Assembly: GCA_904398325.1 (NCBI GenBank)
Contig: CAJFPC010000044.1
Coordinates: forward strand, 29,109-93,108
Reading direction: 5' to 3'
DNA length: 64,000 nt
Origin: Candidatus Neoruminococcus faecicola
GTDB lineage: Bacteria > Bacillota > Clostridia > Oscillospirales > Ruminococcaceae
Shown here: piece by piece, positions 54,773 to 64,000 of the stretch
How the letters are laid out: every line of letters begins with the position of its first letter
Position numbering within the stretch: position 1 is the stretch's first letter
The notes under the pieces: model-generated
What the model saw: only the letters and a program-made list of their open reading frames with translations
Told to the model about the DNA's origin: nothing
The model's database searches: none
Program-made: the position numbers and the translations under genes

Positions 54773-57700
54773 TTAAAAAAAGGACATCTGGCTGCTTTCC
54801 GGCACACCGGCCATAGCGCCAGCCTCTTTAAGCATTTCCAGTACAGCTTTGGAAATGCCCGCCCGGCTGATGACCTCGTCCCCAGAGATATACTCCCCCT
54901 GCTTGCCAGCCTCATACAGGCTCCGAGCGGCGGTTTCCCCCAGGCCCGGCAGGGAGTTGAAGGGCAGACGGATCTTGCCGTCCTCGATCTGATAGCGCAC
55001 CGCGTCCGAGCGGTAAAGATCCACCGGCAGAAATTCAAACCCGCGGGCCATCATCTCATAGGCAATCTGCATGATCTCGTAGCGGTCGTTTTCTTTCACC
55101 GTGCGCTCATTTCCCTTGGCCTTGAGGGCATCCTGCGCCTGCTTGACGGCTGCCTTGCCCTTGATGGCGGAAAACGCGTCAAAATCCGCCCCGCGCACCG
55201 TGAAATAGGCGGCATAAAATTCCAGCGGGCGGTAGATCTTATACCATGCCATCCGCAGCGCCGCAATGCTGTAGGCGGCGGCATGGGCCTTGGGGAACAT
55301 GTATTTGATCTTCAGGCAGCTGTCGATATACCACTGCTCCACCCCGCAGGATTTCAGATAATCGATCCGCTCCTGGGTCAGCTCCTTGGGCGCCTTGCCC
55401 TTGCGCACGATTTCCATGGTGGAAAAGGCCACGCTGGGCTCCACCCCCTTGTGCAGCAGGGTGGTCATAATGCTGTCGCGGGTGCCGATCACGTTGGAAA
55501 TGGTGCAGGTGCCGTTTTTGATGAGATCCTGGGCGTTGCCCAGCCATACATCTGTGCCGTGCGACAGGCCGGAAATCTGAAGCAGATCCGAGAAATTTTT
55601 CGGCTGGCAGTCCAGCAGCATCTGCCGCACAAAGGGAGTGCCCAATTCCGGCAGGGCCAGGGTTCCGGTATTGCAGTCGATCTCCTCGCAGGTGACGCCC
55701 AACGCCTCCGGCGAGGTGAACAGGCTGAAAATCTTGGGGTCGCTCAGCTCCACCTCCTGCACCGGAATGCCGGTGTTCAGCTCCAGATGCTTATAGATGG
55801 TGGGCACATCGTGTCCCAGCAGGTCCAGCTTCAAAATGGTATCGTGGATGGAATGGAAGTCGAAGTGAGTGGTCATCACCGTCGAGGTGGGGTCATCCGC
55901 CGGATGCTGGACCGGGCAGAAATCATAAATTTCATACTGATCCGGCACCACCACCATGCCGCCGGGATGCTGCCCGGTAGTGCGCTTGATGCCGGTACAG
56001 CCCTGCACCAGCCGGGTTTCCTCCGCCTTGTGGAGCACCATGCCCCGCTCTTCCAGATATTTTTTCACATAGCCATAGGCCGTCTTGTCCTTGATCGTCG
56101 AAATCGTGCCGGCCTTGAACACATGGGAGGAGCCGAACAGCGTCTCGGTATATTTGTGCGCCGTGCTCTGATAGTCGCCGGAAAAATTAAGGTCGATATC
56201 CGGCGCCTTGTCGCCGTTAAAGCCCAGGAAGGTCTCAAAGGGGATATCGTGGCCGTCCCGCTTCATGGCGGTGCCGCATACAGGGCAATCCTTTGGCGGC
56301 AGGTCAAAGCCGGAGCCGACCGAGCCGTCGGTGAAAAATTCACTGTGCTTGCAGCTGGGGCAGACATAGTGGGGCGCCAGCGGGTTGACCTCCGATATGC
56401 CGGCCATAGTCGCCACAAAGGAGGAGCCCACCGAGCCACGGGAACCCACCAGATAACCGTCCTCCACACTTTTCCATACCAGCTTCTGGGCGATTACATA
56501 AAGCACCGCAAAGCCGTGCTTGATGATGGAGGTAAGCTCCCGATCCAGCCGCTTGGCTACCAGATCCGGCAGTGGGTCGCCGTATATCTCCTTAGCCTTG
56601 CCCCAGGTGATTTCGGTCAGCGTCTCCTCCGCCCCCTCGATGGAAGGGGTGTAGGTGCCGTCGGGGATGGGCTTGATCTGTTCGATCATGTCGGCGATGC
56701 GGTTGGGATTTTCGATCACCACCTGGCGGGCGGTTTCCTCCCCCAGATAGTCAAATTCCGCCAGCATCTCCTCCGTGGTGCGCAGGTAGAGAGGCGGCTG
56801 CTGGGAGGCATCCTTAAAGCCCTGGCCGGCCATGATGACCTCCCGGAAGATGCTGTCCTCCGGGTTGAGAAAGTGCACATCGCAGGTGGCCACCACCGGG
56901 ATATCCAGGTATTTGCCCAGCTTCACAATGGTCTTGTTGAATTCCTTGAGGGTCTCTCGGCTTTCCACCTTGCCCTCACGGACCATGAATTCGTTGTTGC
57001 CGAGGGGCTGGATCTCCAGATAATCATAAAACCGGGCGATATCGCACAACTCCCCCCAGGAGCGCCCCCCTGCCACCGCGCGGTAAAGCTCCCCCTGCTC
57101 GCAGGCGCTGCCCACCAGCAGGCCTTCGCGGTACTGCTGAAGCACGCTTTTGGGAATGCGGGGTTTTTTGTAAAAATAGTTGATGTGGGAAAAAGAAATC
57201 AGCTTATACAGGTTTTTCAGCCCAACCAGGTTTTTCACCAGCAAAATCTGGTGATACACCGGCAAACTTTTGGCGTCCGCCTTGTTGAGCACGCGCCGCA
57301 AATCCTTCACTGTGTGAGCGTCCCGCTCCTCCGACAGCTTCTTCATCATCAGGATGAAAATATCCGCCAGAACGCGGGCGTCGTCACAGGCACGGTGATG
57401 ATGGAATTCCTTCAGCCCCAGGTGCTTGGCTACAAGATCCAGCTTGTGGCGCTTGAGCTCCGGGTACAGCTGGCGGGAAATCGCCACCGTATCGATGTAG
57501 GTATACGCAAAGGGGAGATCCTCCCGGCTGCAGCAGGCTTTTAAAAAGCTGGCGTCAAAGGTGGCATTGTGAGCCACCAGCATCTTACAGTCCCCGCAGA
57601 AGTCAAAAAACATGCGGATCGCATCCCGGTCCAGCGGGGCGCCCACCAGCATTTCGTCGGTGATGCTGGTCAGCTGGGTGATCTCCGCTGAAAGCTTGCG

Positions 57701-59095
57701 CTGGGGGTTGACAAAGGTGTTGAATTCCTCCACCACTTCCCCGTTCCGCACCTTGACGGCGCCGATTTCCGTCATGCGGTCGCTGGCAGCGGAAAGGCCG
57801 GTGGTTTCCAGGTCAAAGACGATGAAGGTGCCGTCAAAGGGCTCATCCCCCTCGCCGTAAACGCTGGGCACCGTATCATTGACGAAATAATCCTCCACCC
57901 CGTAGATGACCTTGAAATCGCCGCCGCCTTTCTGGATTTTCTTGACGGCGTTCATAGCGTCAGGGAAAGCCTGCGCCACCCCGTGGTCGGTGATGGCGAT
58001 GGCCTTGTGGCCCCAGCGGCAGGCCTGGTTGATGATATCCTCCGCGGTGGAGACCGCATCCATAGCGGACATGGTGGTATGTACATGCAGTTCCACCCGC
58101 TTCTCTTCACTGTGATCCATCCGCTTCTGGCGGCGGAACAGGCAGATATCGAAGGGGCGGATATTGATCTCCCGGTCGTACCGGTCGTAAGAAACCTCCC
58201 CCCGCACCAGCGCGGAGACCCCGTTTTTCAGCTGGTCATACAGTTCCTCCTTGGCGCGGTCGGCAATGATCTTGAGAATGTTGGAGCTGGTATAATCGGT
58301 GAGATATACGGAATAAATGACGCGGCTTTCATCCCGGGTCAGGCGCTTTTCCACAAAAAATACATCGCCCCAGACCACCACGTTGCCGCTTTCGGCTGTG
58401 ACCTCCTTGAGCGGGATCGGCGTCCCCTTGACCGGCTTGCCCACCAGCAGGGAAAACGACCCCTCCTCCACCTGCAGCCCTTCGGGGATGCAGTCGGCGC
58501 TGACCGATTTGAGGGGAACGCCGGCCTTGGCCGCGGGCTTCTTCTTTTCCGCCTGCTGCTGCACCGGGATCGGCGCTTCCAGCTCTTTTTTTAACGCCTG
58601 ATAGGCGGCGCAGCTCTCATCCACCGTAGTCTGGCCGCAGAATTCCACCGTCAACGCCAGCCCGAATTCCCGCCGGATGATCTCCGCAATGGCGCGGTCC
58701 ACCCCGGCGGAGGTCAGGATCTCCAGCCCGCCGTTTTTTAGCCGGATGCTCAGCTTCTCATCCTGCAGCAGCGGTTCGGCTCCCTCAAAAAAGCCGTTGA
58801 CCACATTGCCCTGCTGCTTGAGCTGCCAGACAATCTCCGCAAAATATTCTGTATCAAAGGCCGCCGCCGGATATGCCGGGCGCAGGTGCACCCGCTGCAG
58901 CCCCAGCGCAGCGGCCAGCTTTTCCTGAATAAGGGCCAGAGCCTCATGGCCGACCGTCTGCCCGCACTGCAGATGAACGGTCATCTCTCCCCGGCTCTGG
59001 CGCAGATCCAGCGAGCGCACCTCGCCTTCTGCCAGCGCCTGCGGCAGGGAGGCCTGTCCCAAAAAACGGTCAAAAATCGAAGCAAAGGTATTCAT
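54773..59095 (-). CDS. polC: DNA polymerase III PolC-type alpha subunit
   Basis: 1440 aa with a PHP domain, an inserted DEDDh exonuclease (FDLETTGL...HRACDDA), the polymerase core, and a Zn finger (CPSC...CPVC). ATG 59095 overlaps the ispG stop as ATGA. The 1602-aa track form runs antisense-frame through ispG. Confidence 0.95.
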   Translation of the reverse strand: MNTFASIFDRFLGQASLPQALAEGEVRSLDLRQSRGEMTVHLQCGQTVGHEALALIQEKLAAALGLQRVHLRPAYPAAAFDTEYFAEIVWQLKQQGNVVNGFFEGAEPLLQDEKLSIRLKNGGLEILTSAGVDRAIAEIIRREFGLALTVEFCGQTTVDESCAAYQALKKELEAPIPVQQQAEKKKPAAKAGVPLKSVSADCIPEGLQVEEGSFSLLVGKPVKGTPIPLKEVTAESGNVVVWGDVFFVEKRLTRDESRVIYSVYLTDYTSSNILKIIADRAKEELYDQLKNGVSALVRGEVSYDRYDREINIRPFDICLFRRQKRMDHSEEKRVELHVHTTMSAMDAVSTAEDIINQACRWGHKAIAITDHGVAQAFPDAMNAVKKIQKGGGDFKVIYGVEDYFVNDTVPSVYGEGDEPFDGTFIVFDLETTGLSAASDRMTEIGAVKVRNGEVVEEFNTFVNPQRKLSAEITQLTSITDEMLVGAPLDRDAIRMFFDFCGDCKMLVAHNATFDASFLKACCSREDLPFAYTYIDTVAISRQLYPELKRHKLDLVAKHLGLKEFHHHRACDDARVLADIFILMMKKLSEERDAHTVKDLRRVLNKADAKSLPVYHQILLVKNLVGLKNLYKLISFSHINYFYKKPRIPKSVLQQYREGLLVGSACEQGELYRAVAGGRSWGELCDIARFYDYLEIQPLGNNEFMVREGKVESRETLKEFNKTIVKLGKYLDIPVVATCDVHFLNPEDSIFREVIMAGQGFKDASQQPPLYLRTTEEMLAEFDYLGEETARQVVIENPNRIADMIEQIKPIPDGTYTPSIEGAEETLTEITWGKAKEIYGDPLPDLVAKRLDRELTSIIKHGFAVLYVIAQKLVWKSVEDGYLVGSRGSVGSSFVATMAGISEVNPLAPHYVCPSCKHSEFFTDGSVGSGFDLPPKDCPVCGTAMKRDGHDIPFETFLGFNGDKAPDIDLNFSGDYQSTAHKYTETLFGSSHVFKAGTISTIKDKTAYGYVKKYLEERGMVLHKAEETRLVQGCTGIKRTTGQHPGGMVVVPDQYEIYDFCPVQHPADDPTSTVMTTHFDFHSIHDTILKLDLLGHDVPTIYKHLELNTGIPVQEVELSDPKIFSLFTSPEALGVTCEEIDCNTGTLALPELGTPFVRQMLLDCQPKNFSDLLQISGLSHGTDVWLGNAQDLIKNGTCTISNVIGTRDSIMTTLLHKGVEPSVAFSTMEIVRKGKAPKELTQERIDYLKSCGVEQWYIDSCLKIKYMFPKAHAAAYSIAALRMAWYKIYRPLEFYAAYFTVRGADFDAFSAIKGKAAVKQAQDALKAKGNERTVKENDRYEIMQIAYEMMARGFEFLPVDLYRSDAVRYQIEDGKIRLPFNSLPGLGETAARSLYEAGKQGEYISGDEVISRAGISKAVLEMLKEAGAMAGVPESSQMSFF

Positions 59096-60144
59096 AGCGC
59101 TTCGCCTGTGCTTTCTGCAATGAGCTTTGCCAATTCTTCCACGATGTCCCCTTCCTCCACTTTGCGCACGATCTGCCCCTTTTGAAAGAGCACCCCGCAG
59201 CCGCGGCCGCCTGCCACGCCGAAGTCGGCCTCCCGGGCCTCGCCGGGGCCGTTGACCACGCAGCCCATCACCGCCACCTTGATGGGCGCTTTGCAGCCGC
59301 GCAGCCGCTCCTCCACCTGATGGGCCAGGCCGATCAGATCGATCTGGGTGCGCCCGCAGGTGGGGCAGGAGATCACCTGCGCCCCCTCCGGCCAGAGATC
59401 CAGCGCCCGCAGAATATCCTTGGCGGCATAGACCTCCCGCACCGGGTCTGCCGTCAGCGAAACGCGGATGGTATCCCCGATGCCGTCGGCCAGCAGGCTG
59501 CCGATGCCGACAGCGGATTTGATGATCCCCATGCGCTCGGTGCCGGCCTCGGTGACCCCCAGGTGCAGCGGATAATCGCACCGCTGGGCCGCCAGCCGGT
59601 AGGCTGCAATGGTATCCCGCACGCTGCTGGATTTGAGGGAAAGGACAATATGGTCAAAATCAAAGCGGTTGAGCAGCTGCACCTTCTCCAGGGCGCTTTC
59701 GACCAGGGCCTCGGGGCAGGGATGCCCGTACCGCTCCAGCAGATGGGCCTCCAGCGAGCCGGAATTGACCCCCACCCGGATGGGCACCCCCTTCTGCCGG
59801 CAGATATCCGCTACCGCCTTCACATGGTCATCCCCGCCGATATTGCCGGGATTGATGCGGATTTTATCCGCGCCGGCCGCCACCGACTCCACCGCCAGGC
59901 GGTAATCAAAGTGGATATCCGCCACCAGCGGCAGCTCCACCCGGGATTTGATGGCGTCGATCAGGGCCACCGCCTCCCGGGTAGGCACCGAGACCCGCAG
60001 GATCTGGCAGCCGACCTGCTGCAGCTCTTCTGCCTGGCGGATGTTGCCCGCCGTATCCTGCCAGGGTGCGCTGAGCATGGACTGGATCGCCACCGGCGCG
60101 CCGCCGCCCAATAAAACAGAACCCACTTTTACACTTCTTGTCAT
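59092..60144 (-). CDS. ispG: 4-hydroxy-3-methylbut-2-en-1-yl diphosphate synthase
   Basis: Has IRINPGNIG and ISCPTCGRT, plus VMGCVVNGPGEA Fe-S ligands. Confidence 0.95.
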   Translation of the reverse strand: MTRSVKVGSVLLGGGAPVAIQSMLSAPWQDTAGNIRQAEELQQVGCQILRVSVPTREAVALIDAIKSRVELPLVADIHFDYRLAVESVAAGADKIRINPGNIGGDDHVKAVADICRQKGVPIRVGVNSGSLEAHLLERYGHPCPEALVESALEKVQLLNRFDFDHIVLSLKSSSVRDTIAAYRLAAQRCDYPLHLGVTEAGTERMGIIKSAVGIGSLLADGIGDTIRVSLTADPVREVYAAKDILRALDLWPEGAQVISCPTCGRTQIDLIGLAHQVEERLRGCKAPIKVAVMGCVVNGPGEAREADFGVAGGRGCGVLFQKGQIVRKVEEGDIVEELAKLIAESTGEAL

Positions 60145-60148
60145 GCTA

Positions 60149-61189
60149 TCACCCCACTACAATGCGCAGCACATCCTGAAATGTGACATAGATCATCAGC
60201 ACCAGCAAAAGCCCCAGGCCTGCGGCGTTGACAAAGCTTTCCACCCGCTGACTGACCGGCCTGCCGCCTCTGGCGGCCTCGATCAGCAGGAACACGATGC
60301 GCCCTCCATCCAGCGCTGGGAAGGGCAGCAGGTTCATCACGCCCAGGTTGATGGTGATGAAACCCACCATCAATAAAAACGCCTGAAGCCCCATCGAAGA
60401 GGCCTGCCCGATCACGGTGGCCACGCCCACCGGGCCGGTGAGCTGGTTGATGCCGAAACGCCCGGTAATCAGGTCGCCGATGCTCTTATAGACCTGCTTG
60501 ATGATGGAAAAGGTCCAGTTGAAGGTCTCCCCGATCATGTTGCCGACGGTTTTTTCCAACCCGTAAACCTGAAAATCCACCAGGATGGAGCGGCTGCCGT
60601 CGTCAAGCTCCTCATAGGAAAAGGGTACGCCGCTAACCTCGGTGCGCACCCCATCCCGGATCACAGTCATGTCGATCACAGCGTCCTGGTCGCGCAGCAC
60701 CTCGAAGATGATATCGTTATAGGTGAAAATCTTCGCCCCATTGACTGCGACGATTTCATCATCCAGCTGCAGCTTCTGGCTGGTGGTAGCGCCCTCGGCG
60801 AACCTGCCGATCACAGTGGAGTGAACGGCCGGCTGCATGGTAACTACCAGAAAAATCAGCACCAGGCCCAGCAGAATATTCATCGCGGCGCCCGCCGCCA
60901 TAATCACCAGCCGCCTGGGGATGGAAACATTGCAGAAGGCGCGGCCGTCGCTGCTGTCTTCCAGCTCCCCCTCCATCGCCACATAGCCGCCGATGGGGAA
61001 CAGGCGGATGGAATACTGCGTTTCCCCCCGGTTGAAATGGAAAATCGCCGGCCCCATGCCGAGGGAAAACTCGTTGACCCGGACACCGGATTTTTTCGCT
61101 GCAATAAAATGCCCCAGCTCGTGGATGAAGATCAGCACTCCAAAGGCCAGAATGGCGATCAGGATTGTGATTGCAGTGTTCAAAAGCAT
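60149..61189 (-). CDS. rseP: RIP metalloprotease RseP/RasP
   Basis: Has the HELGHF zinc motif, a PDZ domain, and NLLPFPALDGG. Confidence 0.93.
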   Translation of the reverse strand: MLLNTAITILIAILAFGVLIFIHELGHFIAAKKSGVRVNEFSLGMGPAIFHFNRGETQYSIRLFPIGGYVAMEGELEDSSDGRAFCNVSIPRRLVIMAAGAAMNILLGLVLIFLVVTMQPAVHSTVIGRFAEGATTSQKLQLDDEIVAVNGAKIFTYNDIIFEVLRDQDAVIDMTVIRDGVRTEVSGVPFSYEELDDGSRSILVDFQVYGLEKTVGNMIGETFNWTFSIIKQVYKSIGDLITGRFGINQLTGPVGVATVIGQASSMGLQAFLLMVGFITINLGVMNLLPFPALDGGRIVFLLIEAARGGRPVSQRVESFVNAAGLGLLLVLMIYVTFQDVLRIVVG

Positions 61190-61199
61190 GGCCTCCTAC

Positions 61200-62354
61200 T
61201 CAAATTTTCTGCTGAAAATGGGCGAGAATATGCTCCCGGGCGGCCTGATCCGCCGCAAACACATCCTCTACGCCGCCGCCCGGCAAAGCTGCAAGCTCCT
61301 CCACCGCGCCGGCCACCAGCTCCCCAATCTGAAGAAAGGAAATTTTCCCCTCCAAAAACAGCCGCACCGCCTCTTCGTTGGCGCCGTTGGCCACACAGGG
61401 GGCAAGGCCGCCCAGCTTGGCGGCCTTCAGGGCGGTCTTCAGGCAGAGAAAGGTCTCAAAATCCGGCTGGCTGAAGGTCAGCCTGCCCAGCCCGGCAAGG
61501 GAAAGATGCCCCGCCGGACCTGGCAGCCGCCGCGGCCAGGTGAGGGCGTACTGGATGGGAATGCGCATATCCGGCAGACCCATCTGTACCATCAGGGAAT
61601 GATCCTCAAATTCCACACCGGAATGCAGAATACTCTCCCGGTGGATGACAATGCGGATCCGCTCCGGCGGGACGCCGAACAGCCACATGGCCTCGATCAG
61701 TTCCAGGCCCTTGTTCATCATGGTAGCGGAATCGACGGTGATTTTTGCCCCCATGGACCAGTTGGGATGCTGCAGCGCCTGCTGCGGCGTAACATCCGCC
61801 AGCTCCTCCCGGCTTTTGCCGAAAAACGGCCCGCCGGAGGCCGTGAGCAGAATCTCTCTAATCTTATTCCCCTCATTGCCCTGCAATGCCTGGAAAATGG
61901 CGGAATGCTCACTGTCCACCGGCAAGAGGCGCCCCCCATTATTGTGGGCAAGCTCCATGACAATATGCCCGCCGGTGACCAGGCTTTCCTTATTGGCGAG
62001 GGCAAGGGTTTTGCCGGCCTTGAGGGCGGCCAGCGTCGGGCGCAGCCCCGCGATGCCCACCACCGCATTGAGGACGATTTCCGCCTCGGGCAGCGCCGCC
62101 AGCTCCAGCAGGGCATCCGGCCCCGCCAGCACATGGATATCCGTATCCGCCAGGGCGGTTTTAAGGGCTGCATAACCGGCAGAATCTCCAATAGCAACGT
62201 AGCGAGGGCTAAAAGCCCTCGCCTGCTGTTCCAACAACTGAATATTCCGATGGGCGCTGAGCGCCAGCACCCGGCATCCGGACGGCCGGACCACCTGCAG
62301 CGCCTGGGTACCGATGGAGCCGGTGCTGCCCAGCAAAACAAGATTTTTCTGCAA
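61200..62354 (-). CDS. dxr: 1-deoxy-D-xylulose 5-phosphate reductoisomerase
   Basis: Has LGSTGSIGTQAL, then LANKESLV, PVDSEHSAIFQ and NKGLE.IEA. Confidence 0.95.
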   Translation of the reverse strand: MQKNLVLLGSTGSIGTQALQVVRPSGCRVLALSAHRNIQLLEQQARAFSPRYVAIGDSAGYAALKTALADTDIHVLAGPDALLELAALPEAEIVLNAVVGIAGLRPTLAALKAGKTLALANKESLVTGGHIVMELAHNNGGRLLPVDSEHSAIFQALQGNEGNKIREILLTASGGPFFGKSREELADVTPQQALQHPNWSMGAKITVDSATMMNKGLELIEAMWLFGVPPERIRIVIHRESILHSGVEFEDHSLMVQMGLPDMRIPIQYALTWPRRLPGPAGHLSLAGLGRLTFSQPDFETFLCLKTALKAAKLGGLAPCVANGANEEAVRLFLEGKISFLQIGELVAGAVEELAALPGGGVEDVFAADQAAREHILAHFQQKI

Positions 62355-62376
62355 CGCTGCCCCTCCTTCTGCGGCC

Positions 62377-63207
62377 TCAGGCGATCAAGTGAATAAAGTC
62401 AATGTGGCTGGCTGCCAGATAAACCAGCGGCGCCACCATCAGCACGCTGTCAAACCGGTCCAGCACACCGCCGTGCCCCGGCATGATATGGCCGAAATCC
62501 TTGATGGAGCACTGCCTCTTGATGACGGAAGCCGCCAGATCCCCCACAACTGCCGTCAAGGAGAAGAAGGGCGCCGCTAGGAGAAGAGCCAGGTAATTGA
62601 CCTGCAGCATCACCGAGTGGTTCTGCTGGTAGGCCACAAAGAAGAACGCGAACACCAGCGCAAACACCGTGCAGGTGACAACGCCGCCGATGACGCCTTC
62701 CACCGTCTTTTTAGGGCTGATTTTGGGCGCCAGCTTGTGTTTGCCGAAGAAAGAACCGGTGAAAAACGCACCCGTATCCGTCAGCCAGGAGGAGCCCAGT
62801 GCCAAAAATACATAGAAAAACCCGATATGCTCTGGGAACTGATCGCGGAAGCGAAGCAGCATCTGGAAAGAAAACGGCACCAGCAGCCCGATCATAAAGG
62901 TGAAGGAAATCTCCTGAAAAGGGATTTTCTCATGCCCAGCCAGCAGCAGCAGGACAAGCAGCAGCACATAGCCATAGGCCGCTGTGACAAAATCCTCCGC
63001 CGGCAGAAAAGCCGTCGCCCCGGCAAACAGGATCACCAGCAGCGTCAGCGCCCGGTTTTTTATGTAGCCGGCAGCGCTCATCAACTCATACACCGCCAGG
63101 GCGCCCAGCAGCGCCACTACCGCATTCACCAGCGGGGTGTTAAAAAAATAAAGCACCACAATCAGCAGTAAGACCCCAACACCCGCTGAGATCAGCCGTT
63201 GTTTCAT
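62377..63207 (-). CDS. cdsA: phosphatidate cytidylyltransferase
   Basis: Has the CdsA signature S.IKR...IKDFG.IMPGHGGVLDRFDS. ATG 63207 directly follows the uppS stop. Confidence 0.92.
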   Translation of the reverse strand: MKQRLISAGVGVLLLIVVLYFFNTPLVNAVVALLGALAVYELMSAAGYIKNRALTLLVILFAGATAFLPAEDFVTAAYGYVLLLVLLLLAGHEKIPFQEISFTFMIGLLVPFSFQMLLRFRDQFPEHIGFFYVFLALGSSWLTDTGAFFTGSFFGKHKLAPKISPKKTVEGVIGGVVTCTVFALVFAFFFVAYQQNHSVMLQVNYLALLLAAPFFSLTAVVGDLAASVIKRQCSIKDFGHIMPGHGGVLDRFDSVLMVAPLVYLAASHIDFIHLIA

Positions 63208-63208
63208 C

Positions 63209-63955
63209 TCATACCCCTCCAAACCGGCGGTCGCGGCCGGCATATTCCCACAGTGCCCGGCGCAGATCCTCCGGCGTAAAATCCGGCCACAGCACGTCTA
63301 AAAACACAAATTCCGCATAAGCGCTCTGCCAGAGCAGAAAGTTGGAAAGCCGCTCTTCCCCGCTGGGGCGGATAATCAGATCCACATCTGCAAGGCCGCT
63401 GATGTAGAGGTTCTCCTCCAAATCCGCAGAGGTGATGGCCTCCGGCTCCAGCTGCCCCGCCTTGACCCGGGCCGCCAGGCGCCGCACCGCGTGCAGAATC
63501 TCATCCCGGCCGCCGTAGTTGATGGCGATATTCAGAGTGAAGCCCTCCTGCCGGGCGGTCAGCTGCTCCGCCGACTGCATCAGGCTGCGGATATCCTCCC
63601 GCAGCGGGGCACGATCCCCTAAAAAGCGGATGCGTCCGGCGGTTTCGCCCGCCAAATCCCCGCGCCGGGCGCGATCCACCAGCTGGCGCAGGTAATCGGC
63701 GAAGAGATCCATCAGGGCGTCCACTTCTTCCTTGGGGCGGGACCAGTTTTCGGTGGAAAAGGCATAGACCGTCAGCTGCGGGATGCCGATTTTCGCACAG
63801 TATTCCGCAATGGTCTGAAAGGTCTTGGTCCCTTCCCGGTGGCCGGCGCTGCGGGGCAGCAAATGCTTTTTTGCCCAGCGGCCGTTGCCGTCCATAATGA
63901 TCCCGATATGGGCCGGAAGGCGTTCCGGCAGCCCCGTTGTCTGTATTCCGGCCAT
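63209..63955 (-). CDS. uppS: isoprenyl transferase (undecaprenyl diphosphate synthase)
   Basis: Has HIGIIMDGNGRWAKK, then FSTENW.RP and ERLSNFLLWQ.AY.E. Confidence 0.95.
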   Translation of the reverse strand: MAGIQTTGLPERLPAHIGIIMDGNGRWAKKHLLPRSAGHREGTKTFQTIAEYCAKIGIPQLTVYAFSTENWSRPKEEVDALMDLFADYLRQLVDRARRGDLAGETAGRIRFLGDRAPLREDIRSLMQSAEQLTARQEGFTLNIAINYGGRDEILHAVRRLAARVKAGQLEPEAITSADLEENLYISGLADVDLIIRPSGEERLSNFLLWQSAYAEFVFLDVLWPDFTPEDLRRALWEYAGRDRRFGGV

Positions 63956-64000
63956 GAAAGCCCGCGGCCTCCTTTAAAGTAATTTACTCAGATCGACATG

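Noticed and set aside
54773-59581. 5'-extended versions of real genes in the track: polC 1602 aa, scfB 516 aa (29380..30930), spoIIIAF 252 aa (50930..51688), tyrS 435 aa (37810..39117), uvrB from 1104, and rluD from 21467.
   Set aside because: The extensions run through upstream genes, promoters or the T-box leader and have no SD. Internal starts with good SDs give N-termini that match the families.
63974-64000. Partial minus-strand ORF at the right edge (possibly the 3' end of frr, by synteny with B. subtilis).
   Set aside because: Only about 8 codons are visible, and the frame is ambiguous. That is not enough sequence to support any call.

Overview
This is a 64-kb, visibly GC-rich chromosomal core segment. 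It comes from an endospore-forming Firmicute of the class Clostridia, shown by the complete spoIIIAA-AH operon, spoIIM, a cwlD-like amidase, PolC and a SCIFF locus. A finer placement (Oscillospiraceae/Ruminococcaceae-like) is only a guess. I call 64 CDS, almost all housekeeping.

Gene content, left to right:
- + strand: carB (3' part), uvrBA, a rubredoxin missed by the ORF track, miaB, a YlbF-like gene, mutSL, miaA, a HlyD-like gene, yggS-sepF-ylmH-divIVA-ileS, lspA, rluD, split transketolase, comEA, cwlD, radA.
- Switch region: two small - strand genes and a + strand Xer-type recombinase.
- - strand: spoIIM, scfB and scfA (SCIFF), a small membrane protein, yajC, tgt, queA.
- + strand: an L-box lysine riboswitch followed by asd-dapA-dapB and a stand-alone ACT protein.
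- - strand: tyrS with a Tyr T-box, recN, argR, nadK, tlyA, dxs, a DUF212/PAP2-like gene, ispA, xseBA, a TsaD-like gene, nusB, asp23, spoIIIAH-AA, polC, ispG, rseP, dxr, cdsA, uppS.

I saw no rRNA, tRNA, CRISPR array, transposon or prophage.

Most noteworthy observations:
1. A sharp convergent strand switch lies at about 27-28.7 kb (22 of 23 CDS on + to the left, 34 of 38 on - to the right). A Xer-family recombinase gene sits exactly in the gap, and a perfect AT-rich palindrome with 11-6-11 dif-like geometry lies in its 5' leader. This may be a terminus/dif locus.
2. A complete SCIFF ranthipeptide locus, with its own consensus promoter and a hairpin between precursor and maturase.
3. Small genes the ORF track misses or obscures: rubredoxin, a 4-Cys miniprotein overlapping the radA 3' end, and a one-TM protein.

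Nothing here convinces me of a wholly new multi-gene system. All calls come from by-eye motif recognition; no searches or computations were run.
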